NCBI RefSeq assembly: GCF_963921235.1
Contig: NC_086097.1
Coordinates: 58,344,001-58,408,000 of the forward strand
Direction of reading: 5' to 3'
DNA length: 64,000 nucleotides
Source of the DNA: Mobula hypostoma
Lineage: Eukaryota
The notes below the pieces were generated by a model. That model saw only the letters and a program-made list of their open reading frames with translations. It made no database searches and was not told the origin of the DNA. Positions 24,661 through 36,344 of this stretch are shown here, piece by piece. The translations under genes and the position numbers were made by a program. The stretch's first letter is position 1. Every line of letters starts with the position of its first letter.

Positions 24661-26591
24661 GTTAATCTCATGTCATCACTTTGGTTGTTTTTACCATGCT
24701 GCTGAGTTGCTGTCACTTCTACACTGAATACGAACTCTGAAAATTATACCCTGGAGAAAGGTGCGTTGCTGTGGTATATTCTATCTTGTGCATCTTGGGT
24801 ATTTGCCGCCAATTAATATTACAACTTGTTATAATTTAATCAATATCAAGAATATAAATCTTGGAGCAAATAATTTCCAGATCATTAAATCTGGCCTGAT
24901 CTCTTAAATCTTTTGTCTGCTAACCCATTCCAATTTTAAATTTCAGGGGAAAACTAGTGCTTTAAATAATTACTTGTATGGTATTATGGAATTCCTTTGT
25001 CTCATATTGGGATGAATGTTGATCAATATTTCGTTTACTTGACATTAATGGACATTTGATCACTTTTACTGTTTTTATGTTAAGAAGGAAACGATCATAT
25101 TAATTGCATTGGTTCAGCAGCTTCAAACTAGAATGATAGCTCTAGTTCATTTTGTGGAGCTTTGAAAGAAAACCAGTTTAGGCAGACCTTGTGTTCTGAG
25201 CTGTCGTGATGGAGTAATCTTAGGTTGTTAGTCATCCTACACATTTATTTTGATGGTCTTTAAACATATCTTTGGATGCAAAGAGTGCTATTGCTCCAGG
25301 CCAGTAATTTGCTCAAGAATTTTAATTATGTCTGAAATTGCTAACCCTCTTCTCTGCGGTGAGAACTGTTATGCTGTTACTCGCTTATGATGAGATGTCC
25401 TAATCTTTTATCTAATTTTAAGATTAATGTGGCTAATTGAAGTCTTATCATTGGGATTCAGTTCTACCTTAATAAAAGCAGAACAAATTTTTCTGTAATG
25501 GCATTGTGGCAACTAAACTTTTCTAGTTTGCAAACATTTTGGAAGTTACTGAAGATGTTGATAGAAACTGATCCTAGTTTTGAAGGGAAATGTATTTGAC
25601 ATATCATTGGCAATTCACTGAAATCCCCCAAGAAGTTCTGAGGGTTATCAAGCTGTGTTTTTTGTATAAAGTGCAGGAAGGGAGCTTACAGTAGTTTGAA
25701 ATGGTCAGGCCTCAAGGTAACAACTTACTGTTGAAATTTTCAACAGTAGATGACTTGAGGCAGAGAGGATTGGGCACTGAAAGGAGGTCCACAAATGATT
25801 GATTGGAACTGTGTTGGTGTATCAGGCATGGCAGAGCAATGAATGGAGTTAGCAACTACAGAACAAGAGTTTATGGCAGTGGCTGGTTTTAATCAGACAA
25901 GGATTAGTTGGAAGTTGTGTGTTGGTATGTAATGTGACAAATTGGGTACAGAGGACTAGTAAAGAGGTCTTGGTGATGTAGAGCTGAGTGCTGTTCTAGG
26001 AATGTGCACTGTATCATACAGCAGCATTGTGTCAGAAAGGGAGTGCAGCAAAGATTCACTGGACTGTTTTCAGGGGTGATGGGTTTGCTGCATGAGGAGA
26101 GAGAGAGAGGAATGTGGTCTAGGCTTTCTTGGAATCAGAATAATGGGCATCTTGTTGGAACTGAAAGGATTCGATAGGCTAAATGCAGGGAGGATATTCT
26201 ACTGGTTGAAGAGTCTTGGATAAGCAACACCATTTTAGAATTAGTGATTAAACCCATTGTGAGATGGAAATAGATAGTTACTTTATTGATCCTGAAGGAA
26301 ATTACACTGTCACAGTAGCATTACAAGTGCACCAATATTCAATTAGAAGAGAAGTAAGAAGGAATAAAAGATAAGTTACCTCAAACAGTCCAGCAGGAGG
26401 GGGTCATCACTTCTTCAGCTATAGGTTGCCTCATTATAGGGTCTAATAGCTGGGGGCAAGAATGACTTCGTATAGCGCTCTTCGGAACAGTGCAGTTGTT
26501 GTCTTAGTCTTTTACTAAAAGTGTTTCTCTGTTCAGCCAAGGTGGCATGCAGAGGGTGAGAAACATTGTTCAGAATTCCCAAAATTTTCTG

Positions 26592-27539
26592 GCAACACAT
26601 AAAAAATGCTGGTGAATGCAGCAGGCCAGGCCAGTTTATAGTAAGAAGTACAGTCGACGTTTCGGACCCAGACCCTTCGTCAGGACTAACTGAAAGAAGA
26701 GATAGAAAGAGATTTGAGAGGGGGAGGGAGAGATCCGAAATGATATGGGAAGACAGGAGGGGGAGGGATGGAGCTAAGAGCTGGAAGGTTGATTGGCAAA
26801 AAGGATATGAGGCTGGAGAAGGGAGAGGATCATGGGACGGGAGGCCTAGGGAGAAAGAAAGGAAAGGGAGCCCAGAGGATCGGCAAGGAGTTATAGTGAG
26901 AGGGACAGAGGGAGAAAAAAAAGAGAAAAGAAATAAATAAATAAGGGATGGGGTACGAAGGGGGGGTGGGGCATTAACAGAAGTTAGAGAAGTCAATGTT
27001 CATGCCATCAGGTTGGAGGCTACCCAGATGGAATACAAGGTGTTGTTCCTCCAACCTGAGTGTGGCTTCATCTTGACAGTAGAGGAGGCCGTGGATGGAC
27101 ATATCAGAATGGGAATGGGACGTGGAGTGAAAATGTGTGGCCACTGGGAGATTCTGCTTTCTCTGGCGGACAGGGCGTAGGTGTTCAGAGAAACGGTCTC
27201 CCAGACGTCGTTGGGTCCTGCCAATATATAGAAGGCCGCATTGGGACTCCCCTTTCTTTCTCCCTAGGCCTCCTGTCCCATGATCCTCTCATATCCCTTT
27301 TGCCAATCAACTCTTAGCTCCATCCCTCCCCCTCCTGTCTTCTCTTATCATTTTGGATCTCTCCCTCCCTGTCCCAAATCTCTTTCTATCTCTTCTTTCA
27401 GTTAGACCTGACAAAGGGTTTTGGACCAAAACGTTGAGAGTACCTCTTCCTATAGATGCTGCCTGGCCTGCTGCGTTCAGCAGTATTTTTTATGTGTGTT
27501 GCTTGAATCTTCAGCATCTGCAGATTTCCTAATGTTTGC
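26592..27539 (-). mobile_element. Penelope-like element 3' end (GIY-YIG C-terminus, tail and hammerhead) with an inverted partial copy
   Basis: Minus strand 26990-27240 encodes ...LRLEEQHLVFHLGSLQPDGMNIDFSNF (GIY-YIG end). 27246-27539 is a plus-oriented copy of the tail. Bounded by a 17-bp TSD. Confidence 0.88.
26652..26687 (-). ncRNA. Minimal type-I hammerhead ribozyme motif (Penelope-associated)
   Basis: Minus strand agtc-CTGACGA-agggtctgggtcc-GAAA-cGTC-gact: stem I agtc/gact, intact CUGANGA and GAAA core, GUC cleavage triplet. Confidence 0.75.
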
Positions 27540-28483
27540 ATTCCCAAAATTTTCTGTGGGGTCTTTTGTTCTACCACAGCCCCCAGTGGGTCCAGTTTGA
27601 CTCCTATAACAGAGCCAGTCTTTCTAATCAGTTTTTTGAGCCTGTTGGCATCACCCGTATCGAGGCCATTGCCCCATCACACCACCGCATAGAAGATTGT
27701 ACTGGTGACAACAGACTGGTAGAACATGTGAAGAAAGGAGGTGTGCTTTTGGTATTCCCTGCCTTATTTACCTGTGGAGGTGGTGATTTTTGTCGTTCAA
27801 AACACAGATCAGTAGATATCTGGGCAATAATGGAATCAAGGAATAAGAGTAATGTTGGTAAGTAGCACTGAGCAGGAGGATTAGTGATATTTTCAATTAT
27901 GGTGATGCAGATTTGAAGGGCTGGATAGCCTACTTCCACTTACAGTTGCATTGGAATGTGAATGTTTAGAATAATGACTCACAAAGGACACAATGTTAAT
28001 AAGAAGTAGGAGGGATCTGAGATCTTCGGTGGAACGAGACAAGTAAAGGAATAGAGGCAAAAGAGAAAAGAGCAACTCTAGTGACAGCTGGATAGAAGAG
28101 AACACAGGTAGAGAAATACAATCTCTAGTATAATAGTGGATAAGGAGATGATGTACAAGGATAGTGAGGGCAGTGGTTGAATGTATTCCGCTGCCATTGT
28201 GGAAGTTTATTGTGACTTCACAAGTCATTATAATGACAATTCTGAAAATCTGATGGATGGGATTTCAGGATATGGCTTCTAGGAAACGTGAGCATGGATT
28301 TAATCCTACATGGGTTTTAAGTTTTTTTTGTATGTAACATTTGTGTTAACTTGTGAGAAGAAGATCCTTTAAAATAATTTTCAGGATCTCAATATTATTT
28401 TATACACCTTATTCCAATTATGTTTATCGTAACTTTGTTATGTTTATTCTACTTGTGTCACGTTTCTAATTGTTATAAAAATG

Positions 28484-29105
28484 AGCACAAGAGATTCTGC
28501 TGATGCTGGAAATCCAGAGCAACACACTTAAAATGCTGGAGGAATTCAGCAGGTCAGGCAGCATCTTTGAAAGAAAAATGAACTGCCAAGACCCTTCATC
28601 AGGACTAGAAAGGAAGTGGGGGAGATGTCAGAACAAAAAGCTGGGGGGTGGGGAAGGAGGACAGTCTAGGGATAGGTAAGGGCAGATGGGTGGGAAAGGT
28701 AAGGGGCTGAAAAAGGAGGAATCTGATGGGGGTGTGGTGGACCATGGGAAGAAGGAGGGGCACTGGGGTGTGATGGGCAGGTGAGGAGGAGAGGTGGGGG
28801 GGGGAATAGAAGAAGAGGGAAGGGGGAGGGGCAAAGGGAAAAAAGAGAAACATTAAAAAAATTACCGGCAACACACATCAAAGTTGCTGGTGAACGCAGC
28901 GGGCCAGGCAGCATCTCTAGGAAGGGGTACAGTCGACGTTACCTCGACGTCGTTACAGTTAACATCGACTGTACCTCTTCCTAGAGATGCTGCCTGGCCT
29001 GCTGCATTCACCAGCAACTTTGATGTGTGTTGCTTGAATTTCCAGCATCTGCAGAATTCCTGTTGTTTGTGTAAAAAAAAAATTACTGGGGAGTTTTTGT
29101 CGAGA
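28484..29105 (-). mobile_element. Penelope tail fragment with a nested palindromic Penelope-tail insertion (~28868-29071)
   Basis: Outer copy has gatgctggaaatccagagcaacac...gacccttcatcaggact and a purine-rich spacer. Inner ~74-bp inverted arms are flanked by taaaaaaattac(c/t)gg duplicates. Confidence 0.8.
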
Positions 29106-29731
29106 AATAAGTGAAGAGCTTTAAGACCTTCTTTATGGGAGATGGAATAAATAGGGACTGGACATCCATGGTGAAGAGATGGTTAGGGGCAGTGAACTGA
29201 AAGTTGTTGAGGAAATCCAGAGCATGTTACCAAAATGCTCATCTTCTGTTAATGGGAAGCATAATTTCACAATATTTAATAAAGCTTAATAAGAAATACA
29301 CTGAAGCAAGATCAAAAAGCATTGTTAATGACAACAAAAGTAAATCAGTTTGATTTATTCTTTTTAATCTTTCTGTGCTGAACGTTTTTAAAAGAATACA
29401 AGAGTTTTCCTAAATATTACATATCTTAAGCTTTTTTTTTAATAATTGGTTAGTGGTGATTCTTAAAAACTTGTACAGAATGAGTGGGAGGAAAGGATTA
29501 ATACTTACGGTGACACTTTTGCCTGAAATGAATTATTGATGGAAATTGTCGACACTAATTTTTGTACTGTCTTGTTGTTCTCCAGTTACTTATTACATTT
29601 TCATTGCTTAGACTAATCAGGCAGAGGACTGAAGTTCACGGGAGTAGCTTAGTCATTTCTAAATGAGGCATTCTAATTGAAACATTTATAGTTGATCTCT
29701 TTTGGTGTAGAATTAGTTGCAGTGCAAGAGT

Positions 29732-29864
29732 TAGTCCTGACGAAGGGTCTCGGCCTGAAACGTCGACTGCGCCTCTTCCTATAGATGCTGCCTGGCCTGC
29801 TGTGTTCACCAGCAACTTTGATGTATGTTGCTTGAATTTCCAGCATCTGCAGAATTCCTGTTGT
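29732..29864 (+). mobile_element. 133-bp Penelope tail insertion beginning at the hammerhead, with 15-bp TSD
   Basis: ttgcagtgcaagagt is duplicated at 29717-29731 and 29865-29879. The insert is hammerhead plus the tagatgctgcctggcc...tttccagcatctgcag tail. Confidence 0.85.
29733..29768 (+). ncRNA. Minimal type-I hammerhead ribozyme motif
   Basis: agtc-CTGACGA-agggtctcggcct-GAAA-cGTC-gact. Predicted cleavage after 29764. Confidence 0.78.
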
Positions 29865-31807
29865 TTGCAGTGCAAGAGTATTGACTTGGAAGAGGTAGAT
29901 ATTAAGTGGGGTCTTTTCTAGGATGCGATGAAGGTGAAATGACGGAAGATAATTGGTATATTAAAAGATTTTCACAACAAATTTCGTGACAGATGCCAGT
30001 GATATTAAACCTGATTCTGGAGATTGTTGTAAAATATCAGCAACATAATGAATTATCTTGTACTTTGGCACTTGGATTATATGATGTGCAAGTTGCTTGA
30101 ATCGTTTTACTGCCACTAGATTAGTGCTGGTAAATTTAATTTTGTTTGACTTCATATCAGAATTATGATTTTCAACATGTCACCATAACAAGTTAAAACA
30201 ATTGTTTCAGTGGATCAAACATTCATCTGTGTTTGGAAATGGATAATTTTTTTAATGAATCAGTTGTTAAATCGTAATAACACGATGTTTTGACAGAATC
30301 TATGTTTTACATAGTAATATCTGTTTTAGGAAAACCAAAGAAATTTTAGCAAGTTTTTTTTTATTCCCCTCTGCCTAGAAATAACGGGAATTTTGGTGTG
30401 GTACCCAATTGAAAATATTTTAATGTTTAGCATTTTCCTCATTCTGGTGGGGAAACATCTTCATTTGACTAGTATCAAATCCTGAGGTACTTCATCTAAA
30501 GTTGAAAGTACATTTATTATTAAAATATGTATACCATATACAACCTTGAGTTTCATCTACTTGCAGGCAGCCACAAAGCAAAGGAACACAACAGAATTCT
30601 TGAAAACTCCTCCTCTACCACAAACCGTGATACGTCCATATGCGAAAATAATTTGTAATCTATAAACCGCAAATTGTTGTTGAAGTGAACAGAGTTCTTT
30701 CTCCTCCGCTCTTGTATCTTTCTTACTCTTTTGTCATCTTTGAAATGAAATATGGTCAAAGATTAGAAATGAAAGCTTTTTGAATTATACAATGAACTTC
30801 TCATATCTAATGCTAATTTAGTTTATTTCTACCAGTACTTCCCCTTTGTTGTGGTTTGGTGGTTATATAGTTAAGGCATCATTATGAAGCTTCAAATGAT
30901 CTCTTAAATATTTTGATAGTTCTATGAAATCTATATCTGTGGCAATTTAAAGGCCTCTTTTATAAAGTACCCACCATCGTCGCATGAAATGATGTGACTG
31001 ATACATACTGTGCATAGGGGCAAATGCATTGGGGACAGAGATGTAATTAATGCCAACTAGAAGAAATAATTTGAAAGACTCTTTATCTTCTATATAAGCA
31101 CTCTTCTCTGCATCCCTCAATAACCTATTCAATCCAATCTTACTGCCAGTCCTAATTGACATGGTTGAAAAGGCATATCTCAAAAAAAAAGTGCAAGGCT
31201 GAGGAGCAGATGGTATCCCCAATTAAATCCTAAAATTCCAGTGTAGAGCATTGGACACGGATCCATAATGTCATCATACCAGGGAAGAGGAAGATATATT
31301 GGTGGGCTCAAAGTGATGAGATTGGCTGTGAGATCCACAAGAAGTCTGCCAGAGGGAAGATCATCACCAGGGTCATTTTCAACCACTTTCTTACGGTGGA
31401 AGAGCTCCTCCCCAATTACAATGGAGGTATGATGGACATGATCTTCAACAACTTCAAGAGGAGTTCATGAAGGATCAGCAACAGTCTTAATACATGGACT
31501 TTTTCCACCTCACTAATGCCTGGCTAGTGAAATCAGTCAATGAGAACTGTAGAACATATCCCTCAATTTGAAATTCGTCTCTATCTCTCTATCTTGTGCT
31601 TGCTTTATTTATAGCAAGAAAACTTTGATGCTGATTAACAGTTCTACAAAGCTACATCACTGAATACCCCAACACTTTTCTGAATTGTTCTTGCTGTAAC
31701 ATTGCATCATAACCCAGGAGTGGTGCTAATCCTCAAGACTAATGGGAAATTGTTCAATCTTTGTCTGCTGTGTTGCAGAACCTCAGTAGTTGGGTTGCAG
31801 AATGTGA

Positions 31808-32640
31808 ATAGAACGTAGAACACTAGACAGTACAGCACAGGGCAGGCCCTTCAACCTGCAGTGTTGTTCTGAGCCAATTCAATTAGTAATCAAATAGCTA
31901 ACTATAAACTAATCTCTTCTGCCTACACAATGGCCATATCCTTACATTTTCCTCACATTCATTGCCATTATAAAAGTCTCTAATGTTTCTGCCTCTACCA
32001 CCACCCCAGGCAGAACGTTCCAGGTACCCACCACACTGTTTAAAAAAACAAAACAGAACTTGTCCCTCACATCTCCTTTGAAAATACAGCCTCTCACCTT
32101 AAATGCATGTCCTCTAGTAGTAGACATCTTAACCCTTGTAAAAAGATATTGTCTGTTGATTCTATGCCTCTCATAATCATATTAATCTCTATCAGATCTC
32201 CCCTCAGCCTCTGCCGCTCCAGAGGAAACCACCCAAGTTTGTCCAAACTCTCATTATAGCATTCTGGTGAACTACTTCTGCACTCTTACAAAAATATCCT
32301 TACTATTATGGAGTGGCCAGAACTGTATGCAATACTCCAGATGCAGTTTAACTAGAGTTTTATAAAGCTGCAATATAACTTTCTGACTTCTGAGCTCAAT
32401 AACTTGAGTGTTAAAGGCAAGCAAGCCATATGTCTTCTTAACCACCCAGTCAATCTGCATAATCACTTACAGGAAGCAATGGACTTGGACCCCAAGATCC
32501 CTCTGCTCATCAACATTGTTACTATCTCTCCCTTAGCAGTGCACTGATCCTCAGCATTGCACCTATCAAGGCGCAACACTTCACCTTTGTCTGGGTTAAA
32601 CTCCATCTGCCATTTCTCTGCCCATGTCTGCAACTGATGT
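31808..32640 (-). mobile_element. CR1 3' fragment
   Basis: ORFs WAEKWQMEFNPDKGEV (32463-32684), LYKTLVKLHLEYCIQFWP (32272-32466) and TRGHAFKV (31942-32127). (tagaac)-type tail near 31810. Confidence 0.85.
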
Positions 32641-32965
32641 AGATGTTTATTTTGCACATGCTCTTGACCTATATACAGAAACATAGGAAAGAATGGGTCT
32701 GAACCTCAAAACCTGCATATCAAAGCTGTACCAATCTACCACAATCTCCTTGACAATAAAGGTTATGGTGAGGCATTGAGAGACATGAACCATTTGGAGA
32801 TACCTTGCTATAAAGGATGGCGAAATGCACATTTTAGCACAGCCTATTATTGTTTGAGGAAAGGGGTTTGACAGTCAAGGCTCAGACCTGATGTAAAACT
32901 TGTGGCCTCCCAAGCAGCAATACAGATGAGAGTGACATTAGAAATCTGGAGTGATGAAAGCAGAA

Positions 32966-33473
32966 CACGAGAAAATCTGCAGATGCTGGAATTTCAAGCA
33001 ACACACATAAAAGTTGCTGGTGAATACAGCAGGCCAGGCAGCATCTCTGGGAGGAGGTACAATCGACGTTTCGGGCCGAGACCCGAAACATTGGCATGAA
33101 AATTGACTTCTCAAACTTCTGCTAATGGCCCACCTCCCCCTCATACCCCATCCGTTATCTATCTATCTATCTATTTATTTATTTATTTATATACATGCAT
33201 TCTTTTTCTCCCTCTGTCTCTCTCACTATACCCCTTGAGGATGGGCAAGTGGTATAGTGAGAGGGACAGAGGGAGAAAAAGGAGAGAGAGAAAAAGAATG
33301 CGTGTATATAAATAAATAATGGATGGGGTACGAGGGGAAGGTGGGGCATTAGCGGAAGTTTGCGAAGTCAATTTTCATGCCAATGCTTCGGGTCTTGGCC
33401 CGAAATGTCGACTGTAGCTCTTCCTAGAGATGCTGCCTGGCCTACTGAGTTCACTAGCACCTTTTATGTGTGT
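32966..33473. mobile_element. Palindromic Penelope-derived insertion with 14-bp TSD
   Basis: tgatgaaagcagaa is duplicated at 32952-32965 and 33474-33487. Arms ~32999-33231 and ~33250-33475 are inverted copies around an 18-bp spacer. Confidence 0.85.
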
Positions 33474-33669
33474 TGATGAAAGCAGAAGATGGCTTCCTCT
33501 CTGCTCTAAAAGAAACTAAGAGAAAATATAATAGAGGATATTTAAAATGGTTAGAGTAGTTAATTAAATAGGTAAGTTCTGTCCACACTGAAGGGATACA
33601 GGTTTGCATTGTTCGGCAAACAAAATCAGAGACAATGTTGATGAATACCAATGGGTCAGTGAACAATAT

Positions 33670-34300
33670 TCAAAATAAGTCAATGGGTGAATATGTGGCG
33701 GATTGAATATATAATGTGGAAAAATGTGATGTCATCTACTTTGGTACGAAAATAAGTAAATCCTTGATGTAAATAGTTGTGGATTGAAACGTGCTGATAT
33801 TCAAAGGAGCTTGGATGTCCTTGTGTGTGAATCATTGACAATTATAAGCAGTTAGGTAAGCAAACGCTTTGTAAGTAATTGCACAACAACAATGTCCTAA
33901 TAAAATGCTATAATGCTCTGGTGAAATTGAACCTGGAATATTATTCCTACCTGAATAAAGATATATTTACAATAGAAGAATGTAAAGGAGATACATCAGA
34001 CTGATCCCTAAAACAGAAGATTTGTCAGAAGAAGAGAGCTGAAATGAAGGGGGCTGATATTTTCCCTGAACCAGGGGTTGCAATCTCATTCAGGGTTGAG
34101 GGAGAATGTTTCTTCACCAAAAGGGTAGTGAATCTTTGAAATACATCAGCCAAGTTATGATGTTCTAGCCATGGAATAAGCTTAGAGCCGTGGATAGATA
34201 TTTGGATATTAAGGGAATTGAGGGTTATAGCTTTAGTGTTGAAAAATGTCAGAGGTTAAAAAATCAGCCATGATCTATTTGAAAAGCAGATTGTTTGTCA
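33670..34300 (+). mobile_element. Very old CR1 3' fragment
   Basis: aatgtggaaaaatgtgatgtcatctactttgg, ctggtgaaattgaacctggaatatt and ttcaccaaaagggtagtgaatctttg are degenerate CR1 motifs. Confidence 0.55.
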
Positions 34301-34939
34301 GTTCAAGAAAGGAGGAATTTGTTTCCCAGTCACAAGAATCATTGTCTTGGGCATAGTGGTGATTCATGAATACAATAAACAGATCACAGGCCCACTGATA
34401 AAATCCTACACTGTTGAGCTGATCTCTTTGTTGAGTACAAATTGGCCAGTGATGTGTTTTAAAAAAAACAATGAGCTTAAACAAGGGTGCTTTTTCTTAG
34501 CACTTTCTTGGAGTTCCCTTCACTTGTTCTTTCTTTCTTCATACATAGCCGAGCCCATTTTCCAACAATGTCTCTTCACATTTAACTCCCTCCCAATTTT
34601 CTCTCTGCACAACAACACACTCTCCTTAGAACCAGACCCTAATTCCAACTCTTGGAAGAGACCTCATCAACCAACACCATCTCATTACAAGAGAGCCCAC
34701 TCCCTCTTGCAAGCTATTCTCTCTCCACTCAAACTTTACTCTTGCATTGTGCTATGCTCCCCTCACCAGTAAGCCTTCCACTCTTAATGATATTTGGAGC
34801 AATGCAGTATTTCAAAGTAAATAAAAGACTACATCTACTTTAGATTATAATAGCATAACTTAATAATGCAATTAACTGTTTTGCAAGAAAAAAAGTCTTA
34901 ATGCAGTTTTGAAGAACAAGAAGACAATTCACTTATGGT

Positions 34940-35100
34940 AAACACAAGAGGTTCTGTAGATGTTGGAAATCCAGAGCAATGTACGCAAAATGCTGGAGGA
35001 ACTTGGCAGGTCATGCAGCATCTATGGAAATGAATAAACCATTGACATTTCAGGCTGAGACCCTTCTTCAGGACTGGAAAGGAAGGGGAAAGATGCCAGA
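34940..35100 (-). mobile_element. Penelope tail fragment with partly degenerate hammerhead
   Basis: Minus strand cagtc-CTGAAGA-agggtctcagcct-GAAA-tGTC, with the stem I partner mutated. Confidence 0.72.
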
Positions 35101-35404
35101 TGTTAATTTATTGATTGTTCACTTTTATTCTAGTGGGTGCTTGAAGACATTTGGAGGCAGTTTGCAGTACATGGGAATATCTTTAAAATAATGAAGCTCC
35201 ATTTGTATTTATAGTTGGCTACATAAATAGTTGAGTTTGCCTTTGGCAAAGAGATAATAACCTCAAAAACAGCACTTGTCGTCTTTTGTCATATTCTTGT
35301 ATAATTACAACTATTGTGCCGTCTTAGTGTCTCCAAGTGAAGTTTAAAATAACCATCAAAAGGAGTTGTCATTGTAGTGTTTGGAGTTAAACAAAAACTA
35401 TAGC

Positions 35405-35975
35405 ACAAATAAGCTGATAAGCTCTCACTACCTATTAAATGCTCCTGATGGTGTGTGTCTCAAACAACCTCTGACAACCAAGTCTAGCTCCTTGTTGCCT
35501 TGTGCGGCTTAGCTACTAAGCCTAGTGGAACGTTTCTACTGACAGTAGAAGGGCAAAGGCAAGTTACTGGTGCCTTAAAACCTTTTGCTTTGGGCTAATG
35601 GGGCTTGTTAGCCATATTTTGCAGCTCATCTTGGAGAAGGTGAACTCTGATCTCGAACTTGCACTGCCTTGTGGCTATATCCACTCACTGGGAAGGCTTT
35701 GGGAGTAAACCCCAAGGGAAAACTCCAGAGCCAGAGTCCCTAGGGCAGTCCGATATTGAGTTCAGCGCTGACTGGTAACTCCTGCGACGCAGCTGGTGTC
35801 AAACTGTATTGGCCTCTGCCGTTCCTTTTGGTCATCAGCTGCATGGAGAGGGGGAGCCTGCTGCCTGGGCCAACCAGCTTGTTCTCCATATCGTCCTGCC
35901 CTGGCTTGCATATTGAGGTCGACAGCTAGGACGCAACATCCGTGGTCAACTCTGACCAATGGAGGGCCTCCATAG
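35405..35975 (+). mobile_element. RTE 5'UTR-like, non-coding GC-rich retro-element
   Basis: Motifs gccttaaaacc and ggagaaggtgaactctgatctcgaac resemble RTE-clade 5'UTRs as I recall them. No ORF. Sharp compositional boundaries. Confidence 0.45.
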
Positions 35976-36344
35976 CAAAAGTAAACCCTCGAGAGTAACA
36001 GCCTGCAAAAGCACTTGACTAGTCCAAGTGCATACACACTTCCTATCCTAAGACAGCCTCTCTGCATGTTTGGGTACAACCCTGCCCAACTTCTGGATCC
36101 TCATCTGCTCCCTCTTCTAGCCTCCTGACCCCCACCACCACCGCAAAACCTTAGGCAGAGTCCTCAGGATTGAGGCTGATTCTGCACCATGCTTTGATCC
36201 AGTCATGCAAATAGAACATTTATAATTATGTTAGTTATAAATCATTCTCTTGTTTCTCCCTGCCACTGGACAGTAGATATAAAAGCCTGATAGCACATCG
36301 CCAGGCTCAAGGACTACTTCTACCTGCTGTAGTGGAATAGTACC

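Larger units (their letters stand above)
26270..27740 (-). mobile_element. Rex1/Babar 3' end split by a Penelope insertion (host pieces 26270-26591 and 27540-27740)
   Basis: ILNNVSHPLHATLAEQRNTFSKRL...KSFLPPAIRPYN on the left and TSLLSPVQSSMRWCDG on the right. 17-bp duplication attcccaaaattttctg at 26575-26591 and 27540-27556. Confidence 0.82.

Noticed and set aside
26415..26996. 193-aa ORF and similar Pro/Ser/Leu-rich ORFs at 28605-28914 and 40068-40490
   Set aside because: They are translations of the low-complexity Penelope spacer, here fused across a TE junction.
31234..31470. Stop-free + frame (...HWTRIHNVIIPGKRKIYWW...)
   Set aside because: No recognisable homology and no clear splice signals, so it cannot be supported as an exon without a search.
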